Shown: positions 1 to 12,912, counted from the stretch's first letter. The stretch: 64,000 nt of DNA from Podarcis vaucheri (GCA_965113315.1 OZ220368.1); one strand, 5' to 3'. Made by a program: numbers and translations. The notes: a model not told the origin generated them from the sequence alone.

Positions 1-2792
1 TCCCATGTAAATAAAGCACTGATCCACGGTTTAAGGACGAGTTCCAACAAAATCATTGGAGGAAGGCAGTAGGTTGCCCTCTTCTGGAGGGTATGATATG
101 CTGTACTCTGAATTAATTTTGACACTTGCGTTCCCCACCCTTTTAGTCACATAAAAGTTGAATCGGGTTGATCTTTAGTTTTACCATAGGCAGGTAAGGG
201 AGGAGAATACTGGCTGCTGAGCAGATCTGTACTGGTTGGGGACACAGAGGGTCACTATCTGCTGTGCTTCTTCCTTACCTAAACCTAAGATTTAATCGTG
301 ATAGCCACTAACGATAATTTCAGTCTGAAACACACAGTGGTAGCATTGCTGCTCATCTCGTTTCTCCCTCATCATTGACTTGTCTGTCTTCATTCTAGAA
401 GACACAAGAGGGAAAAATAATCACCATCACCTCATACTTAGTGTGTTCTTGCTCTTCCCATTCAGTGCCTGACAGTTGCCTCGTGAGCCTAAGATGTCCA
501 GTCCCTGCCCTCCTGGCATCCTATGGGCTTTTCGTATGCAGCATAGGACATAATGAGCACAGTAACGGAGATTTCCAGATCTTTTGTTGTTAATTATTGA
601 GATGTAATAACATGATTAGCACACTATAAAAAAATCACTGATATGATTACCATGGATTTAATATCACATGATATATCATTACGTCGTTATGTGTTGACAG
701 ATGTAATTGAAATACGCTTATTGGAGCTGAGGGTTGTATTTCATTCAATCACCTGAGGCACCTCAGGGGAGAAGCAGAGATGGCTAAAAATCAGCAGAGG
801 AAGAAGAAATTGTAGTGTCAACAAAGATTTTTGCAACCTTGTTTGTGTCCTGGGCAACTGGTTCTTTGGTCTCTTTCATTTCCCCCATTTCTCTTAGCTC
901 TGTTAAGAAATTATGAGTAGAGATAGTGCGCTCCGCTTGTGCATTTAGGTGAGCTGCAACTAAACAGGTGAAATATTGTCTCCCCCACCCTTGCAAAAAT
1001 TGCCCTTAGAGCAATGCTAACTGCCACAGGTAATATTGGCAGAAATACTGAGCCAGACTAGATAACTTGGCAGAAAAAAACAGGACTATGATACCCCTGC
1101 ATGAATGATAGGTGCATTTTCTGGCTGGGCTGAATTATGTATTTCAATGTTTGTTTAATGATTACAGCTTCATGTTGAATGTTAGAATTCTACGTGTTTT
1201 ATTTTTGCTGCGTTTTTATGTGAGAGGATGGGGCAGATAAGGGGGAGACAATTATTTCCTCTGTTCACAAATTGGAGGGATGTTTTTTGGCATGCTCATA
1301 ATTCACAAAGAAGCTGGCAAAATGTCCTTCATGTTATTGTTCAACCCAAAGGCAATTTCAGAATGATTCAGAACATAAAAGTTAAAGGAGCACATTGATA
1401 AAAGAAAAGGGAATAAAAGTAAGCACGTTTCAGCCTTTCACTTCTGAGAAGAGTGGTAGCTGTGGGTATTTAAAATAACTGAACCTCCATGTGTCCACTC
1501 CTTTAAATAAACTGCAAATCACAACCTTAATCACTTTCTTTGCCAAGTAGTAGTTGGCGAAGTGAACGTGTGAGACCACTTCAAATATAGAGATCAGAAC
1601 GCAACGTTGTGTAACTTGTTGAAGCTGCTGGAAACTGGGTACAGACCTTCATTCATTGGAATGCCAAACCCAAATTTAGCAAATTAACTGAATGAACTGG
1701 GCAAATTAGGCTTGTCTGTCGTTTTGGGGAACATTCCACGGAAAAAACCAACAGGTCAGATATTGCAACCTAATTGCAAAATATGGCATAGTGGAACAAA
1801 GAAGGAGGAGACATTCAAATTGTGGGATATTGATTAGCATTGGTAAGGAGGAGGTGGCAGATTGAGGCTATGATTCAAGTGAAGCATCTGGGAGCTTTGA
1901 AGAAGCTACTGTACCTGGCCTCCTACCTACTTGCCAGTCCCAACCCACACACCCACATCACCATCATCATCCACATTGAAAATCGGGTTTTAATATGTGA
2001 GTCACCTTTTCCAGTTTGGGTCTCATCTGACTCACTGGTCATTAGATACAACTGAAACTGGGCTTTCGCCTATGATAAAAGGTATGAATCTATATCTTGG
2101 GAAACAGCATTTTGGAGGATATTTATTTTGAATTTTCCTAATCCATTGCTATGAATAGAAGACTTGCTTTGCTCTCTCTGATGGTGGAAATATTTACCTG
2201 CCAATTGATTACTCACTCTATTTTAGCTCTGCTAACTCAGAATTTTGTCTTGACATAATGTTTTCTATCTCTGAGTTGGTATTCGAACTCAGTTTCCATG
2301 CAGTTATTGTGTGATGTGCACCTCATTTTGTATTCTATTTCCCCCCTAAATAAACCTTTTTAGCATTTACTCATATGCCTAGTGCAGTTCAAGAACTCTT
2401 GCCAGCTAGTGAACTTTATTACCGCCTGTAGATTATTGCAAATTGCCCTTTTCCATATTTTGTTTGGCCCACAAGGCTTCCCAACAGTAGAATTTGGAGT
2501 ACGTACTTTAATGTAGATAAGGAGAGGACAATGGGGGTGTTTTTTTGTGTTTTTTTTGCTATTGGTGGCCACATGGCCTCACAGGTGATATTTCAAGAGC
2601 CACATGGTGGTATGAAGCCAGAAACTAGTAGTGATTGCAGGCAGGGGCACCCCTTAACATTCACTTCCTGCCACCCTTTGTCTCTCTCCTTGCTGCTTGT
2701 GTTCCTTGTCTGTCAGCTGCTCTTGCCAGAGGTTCAAACTGATTGCTTGAAAAGGGCTTTTAAAGTTAGGCTAAGGGCTGCATGTGATTCCA

Positions 2793-2921
2793 NNNNNNNN
2801 NNNNNNNNNNNNNNNNNNNNNNNNNNNNNNNNNNNNNNNNNNNNNNNNNNNNNNNNNNNNNNNNNNNNNNNNNNNNNNNNNNNNNNNNNNNNNNNNNNNN
2901 NNNNNNNNNNNNNNNNNNNNN
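2793..2921. other. Assembly gap (129 N)
   Basis: Run of N. Confidence 1.
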
Positions 2922-3820
2922 ATTACAAACTTATGTTTTTCCAATGAAACCTTTTCCTCTGGTGAGAATAGAACTTTCTGGAGTCAGGAAGACTTTCTCG
3001 TAAGGTTAAAATACAATTTTCTCCTGACCCTGTCTTCGTTGTTGGTCACCCCCCCCCCCCCAGACCTGAATGTGCATTGTATGACTTTCTAAACAGCCTC
3101 ATTTTCTCCCTCCCTCTCTCTGTCTCTGAAGCTTGTGAATGCATCTGCTCCTCATCCAAGGATTGTTGTGTTTTATTAATGCTGTTATTATTCCATTACT
3201 GTCATTGTGCTCTTTTATAGCGAATGGCCTAATTTAGTTGAAATGTGCAGATGTTGAGAGTTTAAGTGAAATCTTCATCACTGTGCAAGTGGAGAACACA
3301 CAGCAATTGCTCTATAAACACTGCCGGCATTTGATTCAGATAAAGTATCCAGGCAGAAGCTAGATGGTAACACAAGGTGGGGCAATTGAGATTTTAAACC
3401 TGCAGGGCTCAGGTTTGAGTGCACATACATATTGTGTGCAATAAAGATGCAATTGTTACCTATTTGTAGTGTGGGATCCAGACTTCCCTCACTGTTTTCA
3501 GTATTAGAATTTCATTTTTGTACACAGGAAAATAAGGCTCCCACTACTCTTAAACTAAAGCAAATCTTTCTATTGCAATTCCTGTATCAAATGTGATCAT
3601 ACAAGTGTTCCCAGCACCTATTGAATATTTCTTAAGATTTGATTGGTTTTTAAAATATTTTTTCTTGAAGTAAGTCAAACAAAGAAATGGAATAAAAATA
3701 ACAGAAGTACAAATTCAAAAAACCAGCACACTATATCTGGAATACTTAAGACCATTAGGAAAGCCAGATTTCATGTTGTACTGTTGGGAGGGAGTCCTGT
3801 ACGTCTGTATTTGTCATTCT

Positions 3821-3823
<3 letters not shown>

Positions 3824-3854
<31 letters not shown>
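3824..3854. repeat. (CA)n microsatellite
   Basis: Read directly. Confidence 0.95.
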
Positions 3855-3858
<4 letters not shown>

Positions 3859-6129
3859 TATGATAAAACCCCACTAAACAGCATAGAATTTTTTAGCGAC
3901 ACTTTAGCCTTTAGCCTTTAGCGACACTTAATTCATGCATTCTTTTTTCAGCTAGTGCTAAAATCCACATATTTTTATACCACAGCAAGAGTTGCAAGTA
4001 CCTTAAGGTTTTCCATTTTGAGGCAGTTGACATTCTGGCAGCCACCAGTATCCATGCCAATAGGTCAGTTCTGCCATGCCATTTGGTGAACCTGGTTCTT
4101 CTTCCATACCGTGTGACTATTGCGTGAGGGTGCTTGTCTAGCTGAAAAATAAAAGAGACAAAAGTCCAGCAAGGTTCCTCACTCCACTTTGCTCATCTCC
4201 CTACATTATTATTTCCCCCCTTTTTATTACTTACGAGGCTTGTTCTCCCCATCTCCTCTGCTGGAGTGCTGTTCTATCAGATTATGTATTTTTGCTACCC
4301 CAGCAAGGCTGCTTCTTTAGCAGAGCTGTGATAGAGAGAGTTGAAAACCTGCTTTGGATTGTTTAAAAGATCCAAGCTGCCCTATATAATGCAAAGGTGT
4401 TGGCAACTGACGTTTTAGATTAGGCAACACTATAAAAGTGCTGTGTACACTAATGATATTATATAAATTATAGAAATAGAATGTGGTTCATTTGTCTAAA
4501 GATATTTAAGAAGGAAACTAAAGCCAAGCAGACTTAATCGGTTGGACTGATGCATTTATTCTAGTAATATGATGTTGACTTTGGCCAGTACTAGGGGCTA
4601 TACAAGACATGTATTCCGGTCTTAATATAAATTTCCAATGATTAGAGACACCCTTCATTAAGAAGCCACCACTGACAAGGACAGAAGCATCTCCTTTGCT
4701 AGCTCCTAGATATAAGTTGATGAACTCCTTTCCTTTCACTTTGGGAATGAGACATTAGAGATGAAATGGTGAGGGTGGTTTTGGAATTTCCACACGATGA
4801 TATATAGGGCACTGTGAGGAGTTGGGCTCTTTTTTATCCCAGCTTTATTCAGAAGCTTCATGGCTTGCAGCCTTACAATGGCAACACAAGAGTAACTAAC
4901 AGCTCTTGCTTGCTGTCCTCTGAGGATTGACCGGGTGGCAGAATTTTTCTTGAGGTCTGTTTTATCACTTATGAGAAGTGAGTTAACCTCCCTTTGATCT
5001 CAGTTCACAACAAACCCTTTAACAAAGTTCTGCATGTGCGAGGAAATCAATACTCAAGGCATTGAATTTAACACCGAGCTTCAGCTCAAGCGGAACATGA
5101 ATGCACACACACAGACACTGGCTCGCTCTAGTTACAGGGAGCAGATTGGCCGCAGGCCCATTTGCCCGCTTCCCTAGGCTGCAGGGAAGACGTCCGTAGC
5201 TTGTTACCAGCTGTGCTGGATTCTGTTTGGAACTTGGCATGACAAGGCCATGCCATTGGTCTCCTCTCACTCCTGTTTCCTCTTAATGCCTTCCGCTAAT
5301 GCACCTTTGCTCTCTCTGTTCACACTTGTGAATTGGAGGCTCTGCAAGTGCTCTGAATCCTTACATACTGTTGCATCTTTAAGCTAGTTTCTCAGTCTTT
5401 CATGCTACATTGTCTCTGCAAGCACATAATGAGCCAACAGTGGCTCCTTATTTTTAGCACCTTTTGTCATTGTCACATGCCACTCTCTAATTGTTTTCCT
5501 GGTCCTGCTTAGTGTTGTACGACACCTTTGATTCTGTCTTGATTCAGTTTTATATTCTTATGTCTCATTGTTTGAAGTTCGCTTTTTACTGGATGTTCTA
5601 TACTCGCATCAAATATTGAATCCCCAAATTCTTGGAAATAGCTTCCTGCTGCTCAGATCTTGGAAACATTTACCAGAGGCCAACACCAACTAAAAGGAAA
5701 AAGGTAGAGGCTGCTGGTCAACCTTCCTGCTTAGAGCTTCCTTGCCATCCCTTGAACCTTCTTGCTAGCTCTTTTGTGTTCCTTAGTCTTACTCTACCTT
5801 GCTTTTGCCTGATTGATGTGCCTGTTCCCTGTCAGGTTATCCTAGACTCTCTCCTGGACTTGCTATGGTGAAAGGATCCACACACCCCTTCTTTCTCTCT
5901 CCCTCTCCCTCTCCTACTCTCTCTCTCTCTGTGTTTAAATAGCTGCTTTTCTTAACTGGCAAAGGTGTGTGTCTCTTGGCCTTTGGTATCCATACCAGAC
6001 TAGAAAAAATATGAAGTCTCTCAAGTTGATATTCTGCTTCCTTAATTAGCAGCATTTCAATTTCCTCTGTGCATTGTAAGTTTCTTGCTCCATGCTTGCA
6101 GCATGTTATCATCTCTTGACCTCACCTAT

Positions 6130-6566
6130 TGTCAGGATCCCACTCCACCCAGATCTCAGAAAGACCTCCTCTGAGGAAGAGGTATAGGACCCTGCGGAGA
6201 ACCCCAATACAACTGAGGCTCTGGAGGAACCCACAAAAGTCCCAAAGCAGCTGAAAGTGCCTCAGCTCATGGATGTTTTGTCAGACCACAGCCCAGTCTA
6301 GCCTTGATCCTGATTCTTCCCCCTTGTCACCCAGCCCTTAAAAATAAAGGTGGCATGAACCCAATAGGAATCCTAGAGTTGGTATATGTGTGTCTGGCTT
6401 CCTGAAGGCTTTATCACCAGTGAACTCATTTGAGTACAAGATTGTATGTGGGAGAAGGAAGAAGACTCGACTATGAATCATAACCCAGAAGGTGACCAGT
6501 TAAAGGAGGAATTGGTAGTGAGAATGTAAGCCTCGTGGTCTTCTCTGGACCTTTGCTGGGTTAACC
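6130..6566 (+). mobile_element. Possible degenerate LTR fragment with a TGTCAGG start, abutting or interrupted by the L2
   Basis: Starts TGTCAGGA, like the solo LTR at 60229-60695, with a similar purine-rich body. No matching 3' end or TSD found. Confidence 0.3.
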
Positions 6567-7462
6567 TGGGGGCGCAGGTTACAGCAACAGCCAAGGCGAC
6601 ATTTTTCCACCTTCACCGCATCAAGCAGTTGGTCCCTTACCTTTCCCGCCCTGACCTGGCCACAGTGATCCATGTGACAGTCACATCCAGGCTTGACTAC
6701 TGTAATTCACTCTACGCGGGGCTGCCCTTGAAGCTGTCCCAGAAACTCCAGCGGGTGCAGAATGCTGCAGCGAGGCTCCTCACAGGGTCTCTGCCATGGG
6801 AGCATATTCACCCAGTGCTTTTCTAGCTGCACTGGCTCCCGGTGGAGTACAGGGTCAGATTTAAGGTGCTGGTTTTGACCTTTAAAGCCCTTCACGGCCT
6901 AGGACCATTGTACCTATAAGACTGCCTCTCCTGATATGCCCCACAGAGGACCTTATGGACCACAAGAGGTCCATAAATAGCAACACCCTAGAGGTCCGGG
7001 CCCTAAGGAAGTCAGATTAGCCTCAACCAGAGCCAGGGCCTTTTCAATACTGGCCTGGTGGAACGCTCTGTCTCATGAGACCAGGACCCTGCAGGATCTG
7101 ATTTCTTTCCGCAGGCCTGTAAGACAGAGTTGTTCCACCTGGCCTTTGGCTTGGAATCAATTTGATTCCATCCCCCTCTTTCTTCTTTCTTCTTTCTTCT
7201 TTCTTTTTTCCTTTCTCCTTCTGTGTTGGACTTCCCTGGCTTTTTTCTGGCCCATGTAGGACCAGTCTGGATAGTTAGCCTTGGTGAAGACTTGACGTTT
7301 TCATCTCTAAAAGAGTTTTTGATTGAGTTTCCACTGAAATGAGGCTGTATTTTAATGTTTTAATGTTGTATTTTAATCTTGTTTTTAAGCTGTATTTCAA
7401 TCAATTGTTTTTTTATTTGGTGTTAGCCTCCCTGAGCCCAGTCTTGGCTGGGGAGGGCAGGG
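6567..7462 (+). mobile_element. L2 LINE, 5'-truncated (ORF2 C-terminus plus 3' UTR), inactivated
   Basis: Translates as ...LATVIHVTVTSRLDYCNSLYAGLPLKLSQKLQRVQNAAARLLTG...LHWLPVEYRVRFKVLVLTFKALHGLGP, the typical L2 post-RT motifs (SRLDYCN, QNAAAR, LHWLP), with in-frame stops. Ends in an (ATT)n tail. Confidence 0.92.
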
Positions 7463-7470
7463 TATTATTA

Positions 7471-7541
<71 letters not shown>
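7463..7541. repeat. Compound (ATT)n(ATC)n microsatellite, the tail of the L2
   Basis: Read directly. It produces the poly-I and poly-D/N ORFs in the track. Confidence 0.95.
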
Positions 7542-7544
<3 letters not shown>

Positions 7545-8375
7545 TGCTCATCTTTTGCTCCAGCTCTGATTCAATCTCTAGCTTCCTCATGTAGTACTGC
7601 TCATGGACACGTATCCAAATTTTGGCTTGAATCAACAATTGCAGAAAAGCACATAGCAAGGTAGCCCAGTGTAAATGTCACCGGCACAGGTTGCGTGTGC
7701 TCTTCAGGCTACTTCAGTTTCTATCTGTTTCATGTGACATCAGTTCAGGTGCTCTGGAAACTAGATAGGAAATGACATGAAACACTGCTCTGATTATCCA
7801 TATTGAACTTGGTTCTTTGCCCTTGTTTCCCCTCCCTCTATTTTCTGCCCTTTCCTTCTTTCATGAATATGTTGCTGCTAGCTCTGAAAGGCTCTTAATG
7901 AATATTCCAGAATTTCCAGCTAATTTTGACAGGCCACATGTCTGATTTAGTCTCTGGCCTGCAGAGAAAAACAACCCAAGCTCTCAGGACCAATCTCTTG
8001 ATATCTTGCAAGGCTACTTCAATGGGTCCTCCTGGTACCTAGATGCCTATTTCATTCTGTTTTGTTGGTGCAGACAGCAGGATGCAATGGACTCCTGACC
8101 CCAAAAGAGCACAAGCCTCATGCTCAAAGTGACCACGTATTAATTGTCATATTTGTGCTAATGGCTTGTTGTAATGAGTGACACTTGTTTGTGACCAGTC
8201 TATAAAACACACACACACAAAAACCTATTACCCAGTTTTTCATGATTCTACTGTAAACTGTTAATCATTGATTTTGCCCTCTCTCTGAATAATTTTGCAT
8301 TGGCCTCAAATCTTAGCCAATGTGGTGTTTTTCTGTTGAAAGTAGTCCCACTAGTTCACTGGGAGGACTCCACTG

Positions 8376-8508
8376 CAGGGATCAGCAGTGTGGTACTCTC
8401 CCAATGATGTTAGATTCCAGCTCCTTTCAGTTCCAGTATGGCTAATGGTCATGGGTTATGGGAGTGATAGTACAAAAACACCTGGAGGGTACCACAGTGG
8501 GGCCACTG
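8376..8508. mobile_element. Degenerate short hAT-type MITE (squamate 'cagctccc...gggagttgtagt' family)
   Basis: gtggtactctcc...ggagggtaccac inverted ends. Body resembles the copies at 9406 and 28602. Confidence 0.5.
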
Positions 8509-8511
8509 AAC

Positions 8512-8750
8512 CATTGTTGTGTAGTCGTTAGAGTGTTGAACTAGAATCTGGGAGATCAGGGCTTGAACCATGAACTCAACCATGATGCTCACTGGGTGAT
8601 TTTAGGCCATTCATTGCTTATCAGCCTAACATACTTCATGGGGTTGTTGTGGGGTTTACATGAGGAGGAGGAGGAGAACCATGTGTGCCACCTTGAGCTC
8701 CTTGGAGAAAAAGGTGAGATACAAAAGCAATCAATAAATCATAAATAAAA
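8512..8750 (+). mobile_element. Old tRNA-derived CORE (MIR/Squam3-like) SINE with L2-type tail
   Basis: A-box-like tgtgtagtcgttagag, CORE-like ctgggtgattttaggcc...ggggttgttgtgggg, tail caccttgagctcc...aaggtgagatacaaa...aataaa. Confidence 0.75.
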
Positions 8751-9405
8751 CTCACCATATGTTTCTTCCCTTCCTAGTTGTTAACCTGTGGCTGATACAG
8801 GAAAAGTAATTTGTTTCTAATCCACGATTACCTAACATCCTTTTCTTGGGTGGAAAAATGTGACAAAAGCTTTTTGAAAGCGCCACATTATTATCTGGAT
8901 CACCTATTTGTTGCCATCCTCAATGCACTGTAATAGATTGGTGAGGCATGACTTCCTGGCATAGCAATTGTGCTGCCTCTCAGCATGTTTTGTCTCTGTT
9001 ACTAATAATCACAGTCTTTGTGATCATTTCTACCATTTTTTGTTTGATGCTCAATCCTGTTGCACTGCCTTCTCATTTTTCAGGGTTGCCTGAAGAGCCA
9101 TTTGAGGATTTATTTGTTCGCTTTAAATTTGGGATTTCAGTTCCTGACTCTTTAGCATGGGTGCTACATCTAATTAATAATCTAATGGATATTTGTGGGT
9201 TGGGTGAGGCTGATCAATATGAAAAATGCCCTGAAGGTAACAGTGTGCAATGGGAGTAATGCAGCTGATGTCCCTTGGTGTGTTCAAACAGAGACTTAGG
9301 TAGCCTCAGATGTTATCTTTTTCTACCAGAGCATATGCTATATAATGTATAAATGGCAGTCTTACATTTCTGACTTCCCAATATGTAAATCACATGCTTG
9401 TAGAC

Positions 9406-9923
9406 CAGGGATGGGGAACTTACGGCCCTCCAGATGTAGTTTGATTCAAACTCCTGTCATCTCTATCTAGCAGAGCCAATTCAGGAATGGTAAGAGTTGT
9501 AGTAGGGGACGCGGGTGGCGCTGTGGGCTAAAGCCTCAGCGCCTAGGGCTTGCCGATCGAAAGGTCGGCGGTTCGAATCCCCGCGGCGGGGTGCGCTCCC
9601 GCTGCTCGGTCCCAGCGCCTGCCAACCTAGCAGTTCGAAAGCACCCCCGGGGGCGAGTAGATAAATAGGTACCGCTTACCAGCGGGAAGGTAAACGGCGT
9701 TCCGTGTGCGGCTCTGGCTCGCCAGAGCAGCGTTGTCACGCTGGCCACGTGACCCGGAAGTGTCTCCGGACAGCGCTGGCCCCCGGCCTCTAGATGTGAG
9801 ATGGGCGCACAAACCCCAGAGTCTGTCAAGACTGGCCCGTTCGGGCAGGGGTACCTTTACCTTTACCTACTTAAGAGTTGTAGTATAGTAGCCTATGGGG
9901 GAGGCACAAATTTCCTATTCCTA
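9406..9923. mobile_element. hAT-type MITE interrupted by a Sauria SINE
   Basis: Left end CAGGGATGGGGAAC..., degenerate right end. 8-bp flanks ttgtagac/ttgtggat (6/8). Confidence 0.7.
9505..9871 (+). mobile_element. Young full-length Sauria SINE (POM/Squam1 type)
   Basis: tRNA-like head (GGTGGCGCTGTGG A box, GGTTCGAATCC B box), CpG-rich, (ACCTTT)n tail. Perfect 14-bp TSD TAAGAGTTGTAGTA at 9491-9504 and 9872-9885. Confidence 0.95.
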
Positions 9924-9967
9924 TTGTGGATAAGAAAGAAATATTTTTTGACCTGATTGTTGGTGCA

Positions 9968-10133
9968 TTTACTTATTTTCTTAAGTTTATATCCCACCTT
10001 TCTTCCATCATGGAACCCAAAAAAGGATACATGTGGTTCCCAGGTGATCTTCTGTCCAGGTGCAAGACACAGACTGACTTAGCTTCATCAAGGTGGTGGC
10101 CCCATGTGCCTTCAAGTACGGTAATACCTTGGG
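9968..10133 (-). mobile_element. Short 5S-rRNA-derived SINE with L2-type tail
   Basis: Minus strand gaagctaagtcag...cctggacagaagatcacctgggaacc resembles the 5S A box and C box region (GAAGCTAAGCAG...TGGATGGGAGACCGCCTGGGAA). It is followed by the tail ttgggttccatgatggaagaaaggtgggatataaa. Confidence 0.6.
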
Positions 10134-10853
10134 AACATCCCTTTACTTGTGTGGAGAGAGAGCAATGTATACAGTGGGACTTAGTGTTCTGTAACTGTGG
10201 TATCTTAGGCATACCAGTTAGAAAAGATGGTCCCAGGAATACCTTCAACCTTAGAATCTGAAACTGGGCTGGCCAACTTCTGGGGGCTGAACCCTCCACA
10301 ACAAAGTTGTTTGGAGAACCAGCCTTTCCCACTTCTGTAACAGAATTGCTAGATTTAGTGTACAGTGGAGAGATGATCCAAGAGCAAAGGAACTTTGATT
10401 CCTATTCTAGCTTCCATACAGGCAGAGGTGCCTCTATTCTTCCCTTTCCTGTGAGCCTTGCTATTAATAGGGCTCTTGGAGTAGTGACCACATATGATGG
10501 AAGAAGCATCAAAGCCGCTTTTCCCTTTGGATTTCCCTCTTTCGCACTCCAGGCCTAGTAGAGCAGTCAAGAACCAGTATGGTAATGGGTTGGAGGAGCC
10601 TGTCAATATCATGCCTATGACCATCAATTGGCTGTGTCCCTGCATTAGGCGATGGACTCTTGTTTGGATTCACTATGATGTATTTGTGCTGGGTCTCATT
10701 GGTCTTCCATAGCTTTAGTTTAATTTTAATGTCCTTGACAATGAGAGAACTATTATTCTATGAATTTTAACATTTAACTAGCAGTCATGGACAAATGATC
10801 ACCAAATTGCTTGAGGCACTAGTGATTTCCCGGTTAATTGTTTTTACGATGGT

Positions 10854-11295
10854 CATAGAATCATAGAATCATAGAATCATAGAGTTGGAAGAGACCACAA
10901 GGGCCATCGAGTCCAACCCCCTGCCAAGCAGGAAACACCATCAGAGCACTCCTGACATATGGTTGTCAAGCCTCTGCTTAAAGACCTCCAAAGTAGGAGA
11001 CTCCACCACACTCCTTGGCAGCAAATTCCACTGTCGAACAGCTCTTACTGTCAGGAAGTTCTTCCTAATGTTTAGGTGGAATCTTCTTTCTTGTAGTTTG
11101 GATCCATTGCTCCGTGTCCGCTTCTCCGGAGCAGCAGAAAACAACCTTTCTCCCTCCTCTATGTGACATCCTTTTATATATTTGAACATGGCTATCATAT
11201 CACCCCTTAACCTCCTCTTCTCCAGGCTAAACATGCCCAGCTCCCTTAGCCGTTCCTCATAAGGCATTGTTTCCAGGCCTTTGACCATTTTGGTT
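10854..11295 (-). mobile_element. Young 5'-truncated CR1 LINE (ORF2 C-terminus plus 3' UTR)
   Basis: [40 protein letters not shown]...[27 protein letters not shown] is a canonical CR1 ORF2 end. (ATTCTATG)n octamer tail. 6-bp TSD GATGGT at 10848-53 and 11296-301. Confidence 0.96.
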
Positions 11296-12499
11296 GATGG
11301 TGGAAGTTTACCTGTTGAATTTGCAGGAAGTTATTCTCTACCTTGGGCTCTTGTATCCAGTACTTAAGGCTGATATTCTGCCTAGCCACCCACAATCTGA
11401 ATATCCTTTATTCTTCCCATAACCCCAAAGATACAGTGCTATCCTTCTCTAAGCTTCTTCCTGAACTACATGGAATGCCTTTTCATGAATAAACAATTCT
11501 GGGATGTTTTTGGTAAATCTACTTATGTGTGCCCTGATGACACATGCAAATGTGCAGTAGTACTATTAGCAGGCAGTATGCACTGGTCTTTACAAACCAG
11601 ATTCTTGTAAAGAAACACCACATTGTATGTTAGCATCTGAGCAAGACACCTGTGAGATCGCCCCAGACTCCCTCCTCCTTGGAGTAAATAATGGGGCTTT
11701 TTATTTAGCTATTAATTCCTGGTGGCACATATCTCACTGGCTGTCTGTTTAACTACCTTTATCTCTCCCTCCTCCTCGCTGTGTATGTGATATAGTTATA
11801 GATAAACAGATAGCCCCGTAGTAAATAACAGTTTTTTAAGAGACCTGAGGTATTGGTAACACAGTGACGCAGCTTTTGATTTGTCTTTCCACCGTGTGTA
11901 TGTGTGCGTTCCCCCTTCTTCTTAAGGAAATGCTTTTAAATAAGGGATACTTCATCTATTAAAAAAATACACTTGTAGCAGCTGCTAAGCCCATCCATAA
12001 GCCTGCTTTGCGTTGTATTTGTGATGGGACTGACAGCGCATGGAGCAGCCTGATTATACCCAATTCCATTTTAGCAAGCCTGGCAATGTAATTTCACAGG
12101 GCGATCCGTGTTTGAATGTAATAGCAGCCTGTGCTAAGGTGTCAGAATATTAAAGGCGCTAATGGAAAAGCTCCCTGATACACAGGGGGGAGAGCATTAC
12201 AGGAGACGTCGCAGATGGCTGGGCACTAAACTAATGGGGCAGGATCCAAGGAGGGTGGCGGAGGCAGGGGGGGGAAATGAGAGATGGGAGTGCTTACGGG
12301 AATGTGGGCACCTGCTTCCCTCTTGCATGGAAATTAGAAAGTGTGTGTGTGTACGTATTTGCCTCTGCATGTGTGGTATAAAATAGAACTTGGCTTGAGA
12401 GCTCAGTGTTTTAAATGGTGACCCCCGTCTTAACACAGATTAAGTGAAAATGTGTGCATGCTGAGGGAAGGGAAGTATCAGGTTTAAACTGTGAAGGGG

Positions 12500-12570
12500 A
12501 CAAAGAATATTGTGGCACCTTTAAGGAGTAACAGATTTTGGGGACCAGACTTCCCTTCATGAATGTAATG
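12500..12570. mobile_element. Penelope-like element terminal fragment
   Basis: ttgtggcacctttaaggagtaacagattt resembles the recalled reptile Penelope terminal motif (ttgtggcaccttaaagactaac). Confidence 0.5.
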
Positions 12571-12712
12571 AAAGAGATCAATCTCCGGCTGACCAGTTTC
12601 CTTCTTGAGAAACAAAACCAGAGGCAGGCCTGGAAAACGTAAGGGAATTACAGTGCTGCTGCTCCACAGTGAGAAAATTGTACCTGCCTCACTCCTCTGC
12701 TGCTCCTAAGAG

Positions 12713-12912
12713 CTAAGCCATGGTTTGGCTTAGCATTGCGCTTGAACCCCAGGTTGTGGTTTGTCTCATTCCAAATGAACTGCGTACCGTAAGCCAGGAA
12801 CAAACCTTGGCTACAGCTCATTGTTTATTTGGAGCAAGACATACCATGAACCCAGTCTTGGACATAGCGTTAACCCAAAGTAGTGTGGTGACAGTTAAGC
12901 CATAGTTTGACT
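12713..12912. mobile_element. Palindromic non-autonomous DNA element ('aagccatggttt' type)
   Basis: Imperfect hairpin: ggttgtggtttgtctcattccaaatgaac...agccagg / ccttggct...gtttatttggagcaagacataccatgaacc around an aacaaa loop. Terminal ctaagccatggtttggcttag palindrome. Confidence 0.6.

Noticed and set aside
3892-3929. TTTAGCGACACTT repeated around (TTTAGCC)2
   Set aside because: An ordinary small slippage duplication.
7339-7659. Poly-Ile and poly-Asp/Asn ORFs
   Set aside because: Translations of the (ATT)n(ATC)n microsatellite.
9505-9585. tRNA-like sequence with A and B boxes (also 62470-62548)
   Set aside because: These are SINE heads continuous with SINE bodies, tails and TSDs, not tRNA genes.
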